Assembly: GCF_006345805.1 (NCBI RefSeq)
Contig: NC_043003.1
Span: forward strand, 107,756,001 to 107,820,000
Direction of reading: 5' to 3'
Source of the DNA: Octopus sinensis
Taxonomy: Eukaryota
DNA: 64,000 nt
In this document: piece by piece, positions 23,621-37,507 of the stretch
How the letters are laid out: each line of letters opens with the position of its first letter
Position numbering within the stretch: position 1 is the first letter of the stretch
Position numbers and translations under genes: made by a program
The notes under the pieces: model-generated
What the model saw: the letters and a program-made list of their open reading frames with translations, nothing else
The model's database searches: none
Told to the model about the DNA's origin: nothing

Positions 23621-25769
23621 ATGTGTGTGTGTGCGTGTGCGTGTGCGCGTGTATGTGTGTTTGCGCGTGTATATATATATATCATATATATATGTATTAT
23701 TCTTATGGTATTATCTTACTTATTGATGTATATTGTTTTATTCTGTATTATTCTGTTGTATTTGGATGTTCCTATTTAATCTAAATAATTAGTTAATAAA
23801 TTATATGAATTGGTATTATCTGGTAGTTGATGATTGAAAGAAATCTATTCCTCCATTTTGAATATTAAAGAAGGTACACATATACAAGAATTTGCATATA
23901 TACATATATACATATACATATAAGTGTATATACCCCTACATATACATATATATATAAGTATATACATAATAATATACATACACATAAGGTTACAGTTAAT
24001 CAGATCTATATACTGGAATATACATATATATATATATCCACATCAAAGTGTACATATACAAAGTCCAAAGTTCATTGTATTACATTACTAAAAACTATTA
24101 TTATTATTAATATTATTATTATTATTAATAAGACCAATAAAGGAATATGTGCATTCTGCCATTCACAATACTTAGTGGATGGAAAATACCACATAAAATA
24201 CAGCATAATATAATACAGTGTAACACGCCAGTAAATTAATTAATTCAATATAATAAAATAATGCAAAACAATATACAATGTCACAATATTCATATATTAT
24301 ACAGCGAAAATCGAAACTTTAGTCTAAATCTACATACATATATATACACACAGGTACCAAATACATGCACATATGCATGTACATACATACAGTTCGCATA
24401 TCAATAGGTGAGTGATAGGTCTTAACGGGCTGATAGATTATTTACAATCTAAAGCTCAATTCAAGTGGTTGGCACATTTGAATTTCATAGTCTTAGTTAC
24501 GGTTGGTTGGTTAAAATACATATACGTACATACATACAGATATGCGCACATACACACATACACATGGATAAACATAAGCACATAAATACACACTTACATA
24601 CATACATACGTATATATCAATATACATACATATATACACATATACACATACCTAAAAACACCCACTTACACATATATGTATATATATACACATACACATA
24701 CATACTAATAACTAAAAAAATAAACCATTAAAATGAAAACTATGCTAATTCTTAATACGTAGAAAAAGGCCTGAAAGGGTAATTCCTAATGTATAAAAAA
24801 ATGGCCTAAAATGGTAGAAAACGTTAGGATTAATATTTGGCAAAGGTTGGAAAATATTCAGACAAAGCGTTCTAAGGAAATAGAAACTAAACAAACACAT
24901 TTGACAACATTTAAGGTATAGAAAAAGGAAGTGATTTACGGAAGATACAGAAATCGAAATTCACCGAGTAAATAAACCGTTACAGTAATGCGAATCCAAA
25001 CTTTCAGCTTGATCTCTCCATTTAAGCTCGTTGTAAAAGTTAAGTTGTATAAAATACCGTAACAAAAACAATATATTCTGTATCTGACCATGTATCATTA
25101 TCTACTAGTTTGAGTTTATTATAGTTGAAGTTATAGAGATCGATATACCGTTTTAATGTTACTCAAACACGTTACTACTCATATTGTAATTCCGTATTAA
25201 ACCCTATCCAAACATTTAAACATCCATTTACTAAAACTAATATAAGGTTGTTATTTAATGAATCCGAGGTTATTCATTATTATATCTATGTACCCCTAAA
25301 CATAATAGGTAATTAATATTGATCAAAGGTTATATAATTTATATCCTCGCAAAAAAAAGTTAGATCAAAACCAATGTCGAGATTGACCACATACTTAGTT
25401 AAAACTAAACAAACAAATATACCCCCATATGTATATATACACACGTACGCATCTAAAGGTGAACACCATGTGTTTAATATAGATCCAAACTAAGTACAGA
25501 TCAATACCCCGAAGTCCCAAACTAAATGCATATGATATGGTGTACGTATACGTGGGAGACCAATAGAAAATTCGATGTGGATAAAATATATATATATATA
25601 TATCAAAATATACAGATATATTCAAAAACAAAACAAAACACTTATACATAGAAATATAAATTAGAATGCCTCAAGATAAATGGCAGAATTAGTATTCCTA
25701 GATAAAAACAATGATAAGTCTATAACAGCTATTTAGGTCATTTAAAATTACTGATTTAAAACTAAGTGC

Positions 25770-26485
25770 TCTTTAAATCTAGAGAAAGTATACGCTAGCC
25801 TATGAAGGCAAGACACATTACGCTCCGTAAGATTATTAATAATAGGTAGATTAGCTTTGATAATAAAGAAAATTTCATCGATGCAAAAAGAGCATTTTCT
25901 AGTACTATTATTATACGCTGGTGCAGAAGTAAGTATTTTCCAATGTAAATTAAAATCTATATTATTGTCCTAAAGCTCCCAAATATATGTACTTAACCCT
26001 GTAGAATTAATCCTATTTTGATTCCTAAAAGTGTATCTATGATAGTTAAGCCTCTGTTTCATACTATTTTTAGTAGCACCAATATATACTCTACTATCAT
26101 GTTGTGTATTCATAATACATTGATAAACCACCTCTTTTTTCAAGAAATCATTATTGAACACACCGTTGTCTTTAATTCTGCAATTGCAGCTGCTATTTGA
26201 TTGAAAAAGTTTAACCTTATTACGATTCTCGGCATCAATATTATTATTGATAATGTTAACATCATTCTCAATACTTATTCCTATATTCAATGGTGGTCTA
26301 TATTTAACATTATTAATATTATTCAAATCGTTAGAACTACTACTACAAGTACCAATATCATCAACCAAATTGCTATTCGTCGCTACAGAAATAACACAAT
26401 TATTACCTCCGCACGGGATACTCACGTTCACAATATTAAAATTATTAAATCTCAAGTAATAGTGAGGCACATTACTTCTACCCAA
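25770..26485 (-). mobile_element. 5'-truncated Penelope-like element, Naiad-like GIY-YIG end (3' non-coding tail may extend toward about 23700)
   Basis: CNCR..KEVVYQC..RVYIGATKNSMKQRLNYHRYTFRN..NSTGLSTYIWEL, then WKILTSAPAYNNSTRKCSFCIDE..CLHR; begins directly at a (TA)n tract. Confidence 0.8.
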
Positions 26486-26488
26486 GTT

Positions 26489-26546
<58 letters not shown>

Positions 26547-26597
26547 CCACCCACCCACACTCACTTATGTGGGTATGTGAGCTATGTGAATACGTGT

Positions 26598-26782
26598 TTG
26601 TGTTTGTCCCACATCACCGCTTGACAACTGGTATTGGATTGTTTATGTCTCCGTAAACTAGCTGTTAGAGAAAAAGAGACGGATAGAATAAGTACCGGGT
26701 TTAAAAAGTAAGTACCCGGGACGATTTGTTCGGCTCAAGCCCCAGCATGGTCGCAGTCCAACGACTAAAACAGGTAAAAATT
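26598..26782 (+). mobile_element. SINE 3' half (OR-like)
   Basis: CACCGCTTGACAACTGGT..GATAGAATAAGTACC..CCAGCATGGTCGCAGTC. Confidence 0.7.
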
Positions 26783-27182
26783 GCAAAGTAAAAAATGTTA
26801 AAGAGAGAATTAAAAAAAACAACTACCTTATTCTCGTCCACAGAGATTTCTTATTTTGACTACCTTTTCGTTTAGATTTAAATCCATTTTCTCAGTCAAA
26901 CTATATTTGGCAAAATATAAACATTCAGCCGTGTATGAATCATTTAAATGTGTTTACATGTAGAACAATTTAACGTTATGTATGTATAGAAAAATCAATG
27001 TGGAATTAAGATAAGTGTGCCAATAATACACTAAGAAGGAGCAGACTAATTAAAGCAGAATAAATTACATTAGATTTAGAGACTGGGAATTAAAACATAA
27101 CCACCCACAGGAGTATCAGTGATTGATAAAAAATAATAGGGTACAACATGCAGAAATGAAGGATAAAAATGATAATTAGAAG

Positions 27183-27219
<37 letters not shown>

Positions 27220-27306
27220 GTAGTAGTAGTAGTAGTAGTAGCAGTAGTTCTGCTACCACTGCCGCCACCACCACCACCACAACTACTACTACTACTACTA
27301 CTACTA

Positions 27307-27357
<51 letters not shown>
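27183..27357. repeat. (CTA)n/(TAG)n/(CCA)n trinucleotide microsatellite
   Basis: Direct reading; strand switch at ACTAGT (27216-27221). Confidence 0.95.
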
Positions 27358-28216
27358 AACAGAAACAGCTCAGACAAGTGTTTAAAACTAAGTTTAATGC
27401 TAAAAATAAAACTATAGGAAGGAACACACTGGTTATTGGAGTAATGAAACTACTCGGTGACTTCCGAATTTATCAACTTAAAGCTAAAATAGAAAAGTAA
27501 TTGCCAAAGGCAGAGAAGGAATTTGTTACAAATAGAAAATTATTATAAAGTTGTCGCTACTTCTTTGGCGTGCCCTAAGATGTCTGTCTTTATCCAGCCC
27601 ACCTATAGCATTTCCAGCCGTGACCATTCTCTTAAAACTTGCTGGCCCTGTGCCAAAATTTGAAACTACTACTACTACTACTATACTACTACTACTACTC
27701 AATTTTATATTTTTACCCTTCAGATATGGATAATTCCTTTCTTTAATTATAGTTTAAATTAAATTTGCGTTTGAAAATTGATTTTTGGTTCTGTTCAGTT
27801 AACATCGCAACATTGGGTCGGCTTGGACGATATAAAAAATACCGTGGGCTATAATAACAAGAACAAAAAAAAAAAGAGAAAACAACAAAATATTGTGCGT
27901 CATTGCAATAAAGCGTCGGATTAAACTCAAAGATAAAAAAAAATCATTAAAGCAAAAGCAAACTCGGTTATAATTTGTTCATTTGCATTTCAGTTCATAT
28001 CCAACCAATATCAGCTGACTTTTACCTCCATATTTCTGGGGTAAATGAAATAAAATACCAGTTAAATTTTGAAATTAAGGACATTAATTTTCACACCAAA
28101 TTTATGGAATTCTATCTATATTACAGATAATTATTATTAGTAACGTGTTGAGTTGAGTGAGTCTTGCCAGTCATTTGAAACACAAAAGCATGTATATACA
28201 TATATACATACATACA

Positions 28217-28250
<34 letters not shown>

Positions 28251-28272
28251 CATACATACATACATACATACA

Positions 28273-28302
<30 letters not shown>

Positions 28303-28303
<1 letters not shown>

Positions 28304-28470
28304 GTGGTATGGCTGTGTGATGAGAACGTTGCTTCTCAACCACATGCATCCGGGATCAGTCTCACTGCATGACACCTTGGGCATGTGTCTTTTACTATAA
28401 CCTCAGCTCGATCAAAACCGTGTGAGTGAATTTGGCAGAAGGAAACTGAAAGAAGCCAGTTGTATGTATA

Positions 28471-28509
<39 letters not shown>

Positions 28510-28655
28510 GTGTGTGTGTGTATCTTTGTGTCTCTTTGGTCCCTACTACCTCTTGACAACTGGTGCTGCCGTGTATACGTTTTCGTAACTTAGCGGTTCG
28601 ACAAATTACACCATCAGAAGAAGTCCTTGGGGTCAGTCGTTCGACTAAAACCCTT
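28303..28655 (+). mobile_element. SINE (OR-like), diverged, with internal microsatellite
   Basis: TGGCTGTGTGA..GGGATCAGTCTCACTGC..GGAAACTGAAAGAAGCC..(TA)n(TG)n..GTAACTTAGCGGTTCG; preceded by (TACA)n at about 28200-28300. Confidence 0.75.
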
Positions 28656-28679
28656 TTACTGAAGTAAGTAAAACATAAT

Positions 28680-28739
<60 letters not shown>

Positions 28740-28805
28740 ACATATATATATATAAATATGCATGCATATATGTGTATTTATGCATACATGTACACATGTA
28801 TATGT

Positions 28806-28836
<31 letters not shown>

Positions 28837-29459
28837 GCATAATTAAATCTCAGAATGAGATTGAAACAGTAATCGCTCGATAATGTAAAGTATAGAAGCC
28901 ATCTTATCATGGCTAACCACATTGGGGAGGGGGTGTTACTGTAGCTTTATCGCCCCAAGAGATCTTCGTCTCAAGCTGGCTTTAGACACAATATCTGTGT
29001 CCTTGGAGTATTTGCAAAGGGAGGCCATCCCTTCCTCGCAAGCCTGAGTGATACGCTCGAACTAGTTTCGGGGTTGTTGTCTTATATCTATTTGCAAAGG
29101 AGCCTCCGCTTTCATCGCGATTACTGTTTCAATCTCATTCTGAGATTTAATTATGCTTACTGTTCGTTTTTTGACATCAGTGGCAGACGCCATTAGAAAA
29201 ACTTATATCTATTTGCAAAGGAGCCTTCTCTTTCATCGCTACCTGGTGGTTACCGCCCGTTGACGAGGGACAACAATCCCGAAACTAGTTCGAGCGTATC
29301 ACTCAGGCTTGCGAGGAAGGGATGGCCTCCCTTTGCAAATACTCCAAGGACACAGATATTGTGTCTAAAGCTAACTTGAGACGAAGATCTCTTGGGGTGA
29401 TAAAGCTACAGTAACACCCCCTCCCCAATGTGCTTAGCCATGATAAGATGGCTTCTATA

Positions 29460-29462
<3 letters not shown>
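28837..29462. mobile_element. ORF-less PLE-type/retrozyme-like unit with inverted copy and hammerhead
   Basis: 28888-29081 is inverted at 29269-29462 (194 bp, about 5 differences); 28837-28876 is inverted at 29117-29156; direct repeat about 29082-29118 / 29203-29239; (TA)n on both sides. Confidence 0.75.
29254..29296 (+). ncRNA. Type I hammerhead motif, partly degenerate (C3U, GUU triplet)
   Basis: CGCCCG-TTGACGA-GGGA-CAACAA-TCCC-GAAAC-TA-GTT-CGAGCG; palindromic AACTAGTT in stem III. Confidence 0.65.
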
Positions 29463-29553
<91 letters not shown>

Positions 29554-29597
29554 TATTATATATATATATATATATATATGCATATATACATAAATAC

Positions 29598-30586
<989 letters not shown>

Positions 30587-31414
30587 AAAAAATATCTATC
30601 TGCTGAACCGTCATGGTTGTCTAATAGCGCAAGCTAGTCAATGTTGCTGACTGTTCTTTAGTTAAAGCCACGGCTTTAAATCAGGCCAGAGTCAGCCCTC
30701 TTTGGTATTTCCAATTGGTAAAGCCCAAAGAGCTTGAAACGCTGCTTCCGATAGAGGACAACACTGGGCAGATATGGTGCTTTTACACCTTTTACGATAA
30801 AAGGGACATTTTTATCTACACTAACAGCAGTAAATATGCCTTTAGAAGTTGAAATATATCATATACATATTTTAACTAACCTAAAGTTCGCTTATGCCAA
30901 AACACTTTTGACGCTGATACTACAGAATATTCACATATATATATATATGTGCGTGTGTGTGTGTGTGTGAGAGAGAGAGAGAAAGAGAGAGAGAGACAGA
31001 GAGAGAGAGAGAGACAGAGAGAGAGAGAGACAGAGAGAGAGAGGGTGAAAGAGAGAGATACAAAGAGAGAGAGAGTTGTGGTTTATGCTTGGAATAATAG
31101 GACACAAAAACAACTTTTTAGTTTCAAGGATGATGAACGTCGGATGGTGGGAAGACATTGTTGGCCAACGCCCCCGCTGGAGACTGGATTTAGATAATGG
31201 CTTAAAGAGGCAAAGGAGAGGCTAAGGTTGACCGATGAAAAATGGCCAAACTGATGGAAAACAGCATCAAAGCAAGACTGGTACACAAGAGAACCACCTA
31301 AGTCGGTCTCTACAATTTCAGCAGACTCTGATCTGCCACAAAGACCGAAGTTAGACTTTCTAAATTTTCTCGTGTAACCAACAGTTACCTTCATTAGTAT
31401 TAAATACAATTAAT

Positions 31415-31550
31415 TTGACAGAATCGTTAGAGCGGCGAAAAGAATGTTTTATAATATTCGTTACGGTTCTTTGCGCTCTGATTTCAAATCACACCGATAT
31501 CAACTTTGCCTTTGATCCGCCTGGGGATGATAAATAAAGTACCAATCTAA
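31415..31550 (+). mobile_element. Old third-family SINE remnant
   Basis: GACAGAATCGTTAG..GATTTCAAATC..AACTTTGCCTTTGATCC..GATAAATAAAGTACCA. Confidence 0.5.
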
Positions 31551-32107
31551 AATATACGTATAATTCAAAAGTCAAACCTTGTTACATTACGTCATACTGA
31601 TGTCGCTAAGGTAAATGGCATTAAGATTACGCTTGTCTGTGTAACACACTCAGCCACCTACACGTTAATTTTTTACGACTATACAACTGAATGTTCTCTG
31701 CCGTGATCGATAAATGATCCACTACGGCTTTTAAGTGTTAAAACATTTCGTCGTAACTCCTACAACCTCGCCAGTGAATCTTACTATATCCACTACATCA
31801 AAAATAAATATTGCTGTGAAAATAATGTTACCAAGCAGGTTATAGATGTGTGACGAAATATTTTGATAGTTTCTCGCATTACAACATTTAATAGTTTTAT
31901 CAAATATATCAAAAATAAATATAAGGCTTTATGTGTGCTTTATGTTCCAGTTTCAACATAGAAACTCAGATTATATCACCTGCCAGAAAAGTACAACTTC
32001 CAAATGCAAAACTATATCATAAATGCTGCTTTTTTTCTCACAAATTTTATTTTATTGCCATTCCAACGTTTTATGGATGGTATAACACCCAATGCCGTTT
32101 GGCCTTT

Positions 32108-32153
32108 TACTACTATTACTACTACTACTAGTACTACTAGTACTACTACCACC

Positions 32154-32242
<89 letters not shown>

Positions 32243-32264
32243 CACCACTACTACTGCTACTACT
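32108..32264. repeat. (TAC)n/(CAC)n microsatellite
   Basis: Direct reading. Confidence 0.95.
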
Positions 32265-32479
32265 ATAAAAGTTCCGTGCCCACCATAGTTATGGTATCTT
32301 AATCAATTGTGTATTTCTATCATTTTGCCATTAGTCCAAGCCTTCTCTCAATTTATGCTTATTATATTTCGTTCTGTTTATTTTACTATTTTTCTACTTC
32401 CAAATGCAATTCAAGACGTTTCTATTTCTAAATCTTTTTACATAAAACATTTTATCATTTCCTCCAAGAATAAATTGTC

Positions 32480-32770
32480 TATTCTGCACTCCTCCTCTTC
32501 CTCCTCCTCCTCCATTTCTCTATCTTCCTCCTCCCTATTCTCTACCCTCTTCCACGCCTTCCTCCTTCCTATCCTCCGCCTCTTCCCCATCATCCACCAT
32601 CTCACCCCATTCCTCCCCTCTTCCTCTCCCCTCTCCATAATCCACCTCTTCCTCTCATCCCCAACCTTACTCCCCCTCCCCCTCGTCATCTCCCCTTCCC
32701 TCCTTCCCCCCTTCCCCTCTCTCCCTCCTCCCTTCCTCCCCTCCTCTCCTCCTCTCCTCCTCCCTTTTCT
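32480..32770. repeat. C/T-rich low-complexity tract
   Basis: About 290 bp dominated by CCT/CTC/CTT motifs on the plus strand. Confidence 0.85.
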
Positions 32771-33749
32771 TTAGTCAGAATGTAATGCTGAGTTGAAAGT
32801 TTCTACAAAGTAACAAGCATCTTTTCGTAGATATCGCTTCTTGTCCAAAACTCTTTTATGCAATCCTTTTAACGGATAACGTTTTTTTCTTGTGGTGCTG
32901 GAGTTGGTGATGAATACTCTTTTATTTTTCTTCGAAGTCAATCTTTGACATTTTTCCATTAAAATAAAAAAGAAAAAAAAAAGAGAATAAAGTATTCCCT
33001 TTTTCTTTATACGTTTATTTATTTCTCAAGCTTTCTTTCTCTCTCACTTCTTTCTCTCTTTCTCCATTACTCTCTTCTGGTTCAAGAAAACGTCAATGAA
33101 AGTCAATTACAAGAAAAACACACAAAACTACGTAAAACACAATGTATTTCAAAGGATTTCCACTGACTGACGCCAGTGGTACACTGTTTTAATGTTCAGG
33201 GTTTCAAGAGGATAACAAGAAGAAACTCCAACTAAAATCTGAGCTAATGTTGAGCATGGTTGCTGCAGGTCAAAAACGCGGCGATAATTTATAAGTTTTA
33301 CCTTTTGGTCTTATTTGCTGCTATATCTTGATTATTCTTAAAACAATAAAAACATATCGAGTAAGGAATAAAAATGGTGGTGGTATGCGTCACCAAAATT
33401 TATACTGAGAAAATGCAAGTATCTTGACAGATTCGTATATCTTATACTGGAGGTGAGGCAGAGGAAGCTATTGCCGTCTTTACGAAATTGTCCCTTCGTT
33501 TGAATGGGAAGGTTAACTAAGTTTTCTGAAATGCGTTTTCCCTTCTTAAACGAACTAGTTTACAGTTAACCAACATAATCACACACGCATAGACAAATAG
33601 CCAAAGACACTGTTATAAGCACATACCTTCGCTTATACATATACACGCCCAACCTCACCGTATATTTATGTAGCAAGCAATATACATATATATGAGCATA
33701 TGTACACATTGTCCGTTTCTTTCTCTCTCTCTCCCTCTCTGTATACATT

Positions 33750-33910
33750 ACTACATACATACATACATACATACATACATACATACATACATACATACAT
33801 AAATACATACATACATGCATACGTACATACACACATACATATATATATATACAGACACGAGTGTATATATGTTTATGTAAGTATATATGTATGGGGAAAG
33901 AGAGGGAAAA

Positions 33911-33975
<65 letters not shown>
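33750..33975. repeat. (TACA)n followed by (GA)n microsatellites
   Basis: Direct reading. Confidence 0.9.
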
Positions 33976-34386
33976 AAGATAGAGTAAACCGAAGAAACGA
34001 AATGGAGACACTCTGTCTATAATAATACATATCAAAACTTCAGAATTAAAAAAGAGAAAGTCTCTCGTAGAAAACAAAACCCCATCAATAAATGTAATTA
34101 ATTTTCATGTAATTTAGGTCATCAATACTTGTCAGTGCACTAAGTATGCAGGGATTTATTTTTGTTGATTTATATTTATACTATAATTGTTTTTATTATT
34201 GTTGTTGTTATTGTTGTCGATACTGATATTGTTTCAGCAGTTTCTGTGTTTCGTTAAGGATCAATTATTGAAAAAAAGTTTAATTAAAATCTAAGATTTA
34301 CATCAGAGATGGACCAATATTCATTAAACATCGGAATCGGACAGAAATCGGACACGCGTGCGCCGACACGCATGCACACGCGTGCA

Positions 34387-34491
<105 letters not shown>

Positions 34492-34493
34492 TA

Positions 34494-34542
<49 letters not shown>

Positions 34543-34717
34543 TATACATACAAGCATACAGACATGTCTGTATGTAATAACAGATGTACGCACATGCGCT
34601 TACATTCATACATACGTATATGTGTGTGTATATATGTATATAAAGAAATATATATAAATATATGTATGTATGTATGTATGTATAAATATACCTATATGAA
34701 TGAGCAACCGTGCGTCG

Positions 34718-36134
34718 GACTAGCAATCCCATGGCGGCCAAAATGATCAGAACGGTTACTTTTACTCCGTGTTTTAGTATATTTAACCGGCGGACTCTAA
34801 TGTTTTGAATTTGTTTATGTGATGGTTCGTTTACTAAACATTAGTAAGAATATTTGCAGTGTACTTTGTTAATATAATGCCACTTACTCCGTTACCAATT
34901 CGTCAGCAGATTATTAAGCTTCGAAGGAAGGATAATTTAAGTATTGGGTTCTATTGCAAAGATTGTTAACAAGTCAAGAAGTGTTGTACACGGTATTCTT
35001 AAGGTCTACGATGATTGTGGTTCGTGTGAAGCAAGAAAGTTTACAGGTAGGCCAAGAAAAACGACCAAGAGAGAAGATCGTGCTATGGTAAAGTTGGTTA
35101 AAAAGGACAGATTTAAAACTGCTGCTGCTGTTTCTCGGAAAATGAGCATTGTACTGAAGAAAACTTTATCTCGAAAAACTGTGTCTCGTCCTTTAGTTGA
35201 ACATGACCTACAAGCAAGAGCACCTGCAGTGAAGCCGCTGATCAGCTCCAAGAATAAAAAGTGTCGTCTTACTTTTGCAACCGAACATGTGTTGTGGTCT
35301 CAAGAAAAATGGCAAACGGTGCATTTCAGAGATGAATCTAAGTTTAGGCTATTTGGATCAGATGAGAAAAGTTACGTTCGTAGAAAAGTAGGTGAAAAAT
35401 TGTTGCCTAAATGCCTTAAGACTAGTGTTAAATTCGGTGGAGGTAGTGTCATGGTTTGGGGAATAATATCTGGAGATGGTGTGGGCCCTTTGGTGCGATT
35501 ACATGGAAAGTTAAATGCAGGAGTTTATAAACAACTTGTAAAAGATCATGTCTTGCCTGTGCTGAGAAATTCAACTAAGCGACAACCCATATTCATGCAG
35601 GACAATGCCCCATGTCACAAGGCTAAGGTGGTCATGAACATCCTCAAGGCTGAAAAGGTTATTGTTATGGATTGACCAGCTCAAAGCGCAGATCTCAATC
35701 CTATTGAAAATGTGTGGAATATTCTCCTAAAACAACTGAGCAATTATGGAATGCCCATCAGAAAGAATGGAATAAGATCACCCAGCAAGAAATTGAAAAT
35801 TTAATTTCCTCATGCAGTCGAAGACGTCAGAGTGTGATTGAAGCTAAAGGGCTTCACACTAAATATTAAATAATTCCAGTATTCTCTGTCATTTTTGATT
35901 ATTTTGTTATTTTTTCAACCGTTCTGATCATTTTGGCCGCTATGGGTTTTGCAGTAAATCACTAAATCATCCATAACTTTTGTATTATCCTCTCAAATTA
36001 CACCAAACTCTCAGACAACAACAATTGATATTGTATTTATTGTCTGAAAATTATAGAATATAAAACAACTTTAATAAAAACTTATACCTACTTTTCTGAC
36101 GAAAACAATGCCGTTCTGAACATTTTGGCCTCAA

Positions 36135-36137
<3 letters not shown>
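34718..36137 (+). mobile_element. Tc1 transposon of IR/DR type; outer left TIR missing
   Basis: Right TIR about 35915-36137 has inner CCGTTCTGATCATTTTGGCC and outer CCGTTCTGAACATTTTGGCC repeats and ends CAACTG|TA. Only the inner repeat GGCCAAAATGATCAGAACGG survives on the left. Confidence 0.9.
34877..35869 (+). pseudogene. Tc1 DD34E transposase, lightly inactivated
   Basis: ATG 34877, +1 frameshift near 34945, ORF 34944-35675 (GRPRKTT, KPLIS, FRDESKF, KFGGGSVMVWG, FMQDNAPCH), W>stop in D*PAQSADLNPIEN (34-residue spacing), short deletion, ends AKGLHTKY*. Confidence 0.92.
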
Positions 36138-36177
<40 letters not shown>

Positions 36178-36178
<1 letters not shown>

Positions 36179-36863
36179 GTAATAATGAAGGGTGAAATTA
36201 ATTAATTTGGAATAATTATCAATTACAATTCGGTATGTGGTAAGGCAATTCGTTGCTAAACCCTTTATTGCTTAGTATTACTTAAATTTTCCTCGAATGA
36301 GGCTTTTACATGCCGAAGACTACTTGGTGTAATTGATAATTATTCCAAATTAATTAATTTCACCCTTCATTATTACGGATAACCATATTTTATCTCAGTA
36401 GATGACCACAGCATCTTGTTTTGGCTACACGCGGGTGGGAAGGGGCTGGTGACGCAATCTTTTCATTCACACATTGAATTTGGTGATACTAGTTGCGGGT
36501 TCTAGCTCGCTCTGATACTGAGTTGAGTTGGTGCCTTCTAGTATCTCAAAATTCAATATATAATCATTTATGATTATAGTATTCTACGCTGAAGAGAAAG
36601 GAAGTTTTGGTAAGGTAGAATTATTTAATATTTAATTCTTATGCTTTCCTAAAGGCTTGATTTCGAAACGTGCGTCCGTAGATAACTTAAAATTGTATGA
36701 TAGATTGCCGTCAATTCATTCTCTCTTACCTGTTTGTGTCTGCCTTCCAATTGCTGTTTTTACTGAGATCTCCCTTTTTAGTAGAAGAAATAGCTATAAC
36801 TCTTTGACTGCTATTTCTAAATTCGGTATGTGGTAAGGCAATTCGTTGCTAAACCCTTTATTG

Positions 36864-36865
<2 letters not shown>
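36178..36865 (+). mobile_element. ORF-less hammerhead-bearing PLE-type/retrozyme-like unit (593-bp monomer)
   Basis: Perfect 50-bp inversion 36178-36227 vs 36328-36377; identical 46-bp direct repeats 36227-36272 and 36820-36865; (TA)n on both sides. Confidence 0.75.
36583..36682 (+). ncRNA. Type I hammerhead ribozyme with intact core and extended stem II
   Basis: TCTACG-CTGAAGA-GAAA..(about 60 nt)..TTTC-GAAAC-GTGC-GTC-CGTAGA: 6-bp stem I, G-C at the base of stem II, GUC triplet. Confidence 0.8.
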
Positions 36866-36896
<31 letters not shown>

Positions 36897-37507
36897 TATA
36901 GATAAAGATGTATGTATGATCGTATGTACGAGCGTGCGTGCGCATATGTGTATGAATGTACTGCGACAATAGCCGTGCCAAATTGTATCGTCTCAAGTCG
37001 GTGGTAATATACTTGGATAAACATCGCTGGCGTAAATGGGGAGATTTACACTCATGGATAACGGCCAGTTATTACGAAAGCAAGTGCATGTATGTGCAGA
37101 TGCCTGGTCGAACTTGAAGCACGGTGGCCCCAGGTATATACGAATATATAAGTATGGGTTATATATATAGAGAGATATGTATGTATAAATGTATATTTGG
37201 AAGCTTGTAAGTATATATCTCTGTGTGCGCGTATATGCTAATAGATGTATGTATACATGTATATATACGTATGTTTATGTGTAAATGTAGATATGCATGA
37301 ATGTATGCGCATGTACGTATACAGAAGTACGTGTCAGTATGCATTTGTATATGTATGCAACACCAGCAAGAGATGTATAAATATCGTCCATAGAATATTC
37401 GTGTGCCTATATCTCTCTGCATATATTAATACATGCATATATTAATATATATATTCAGACACACGTACACACACACATGAGTATATGTATATATATATAT
37501 ATATATA

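Noticed and set aside
31100-31400. Possible LINE C-terminal remnant or 108-aa ORF
   Set aside because: No diagnostic motif could be matched with confidence.
32307-32774. 155-aa S/P/L-rich ORF
   Set aside because: Derived from the C/T low-complexity tract.
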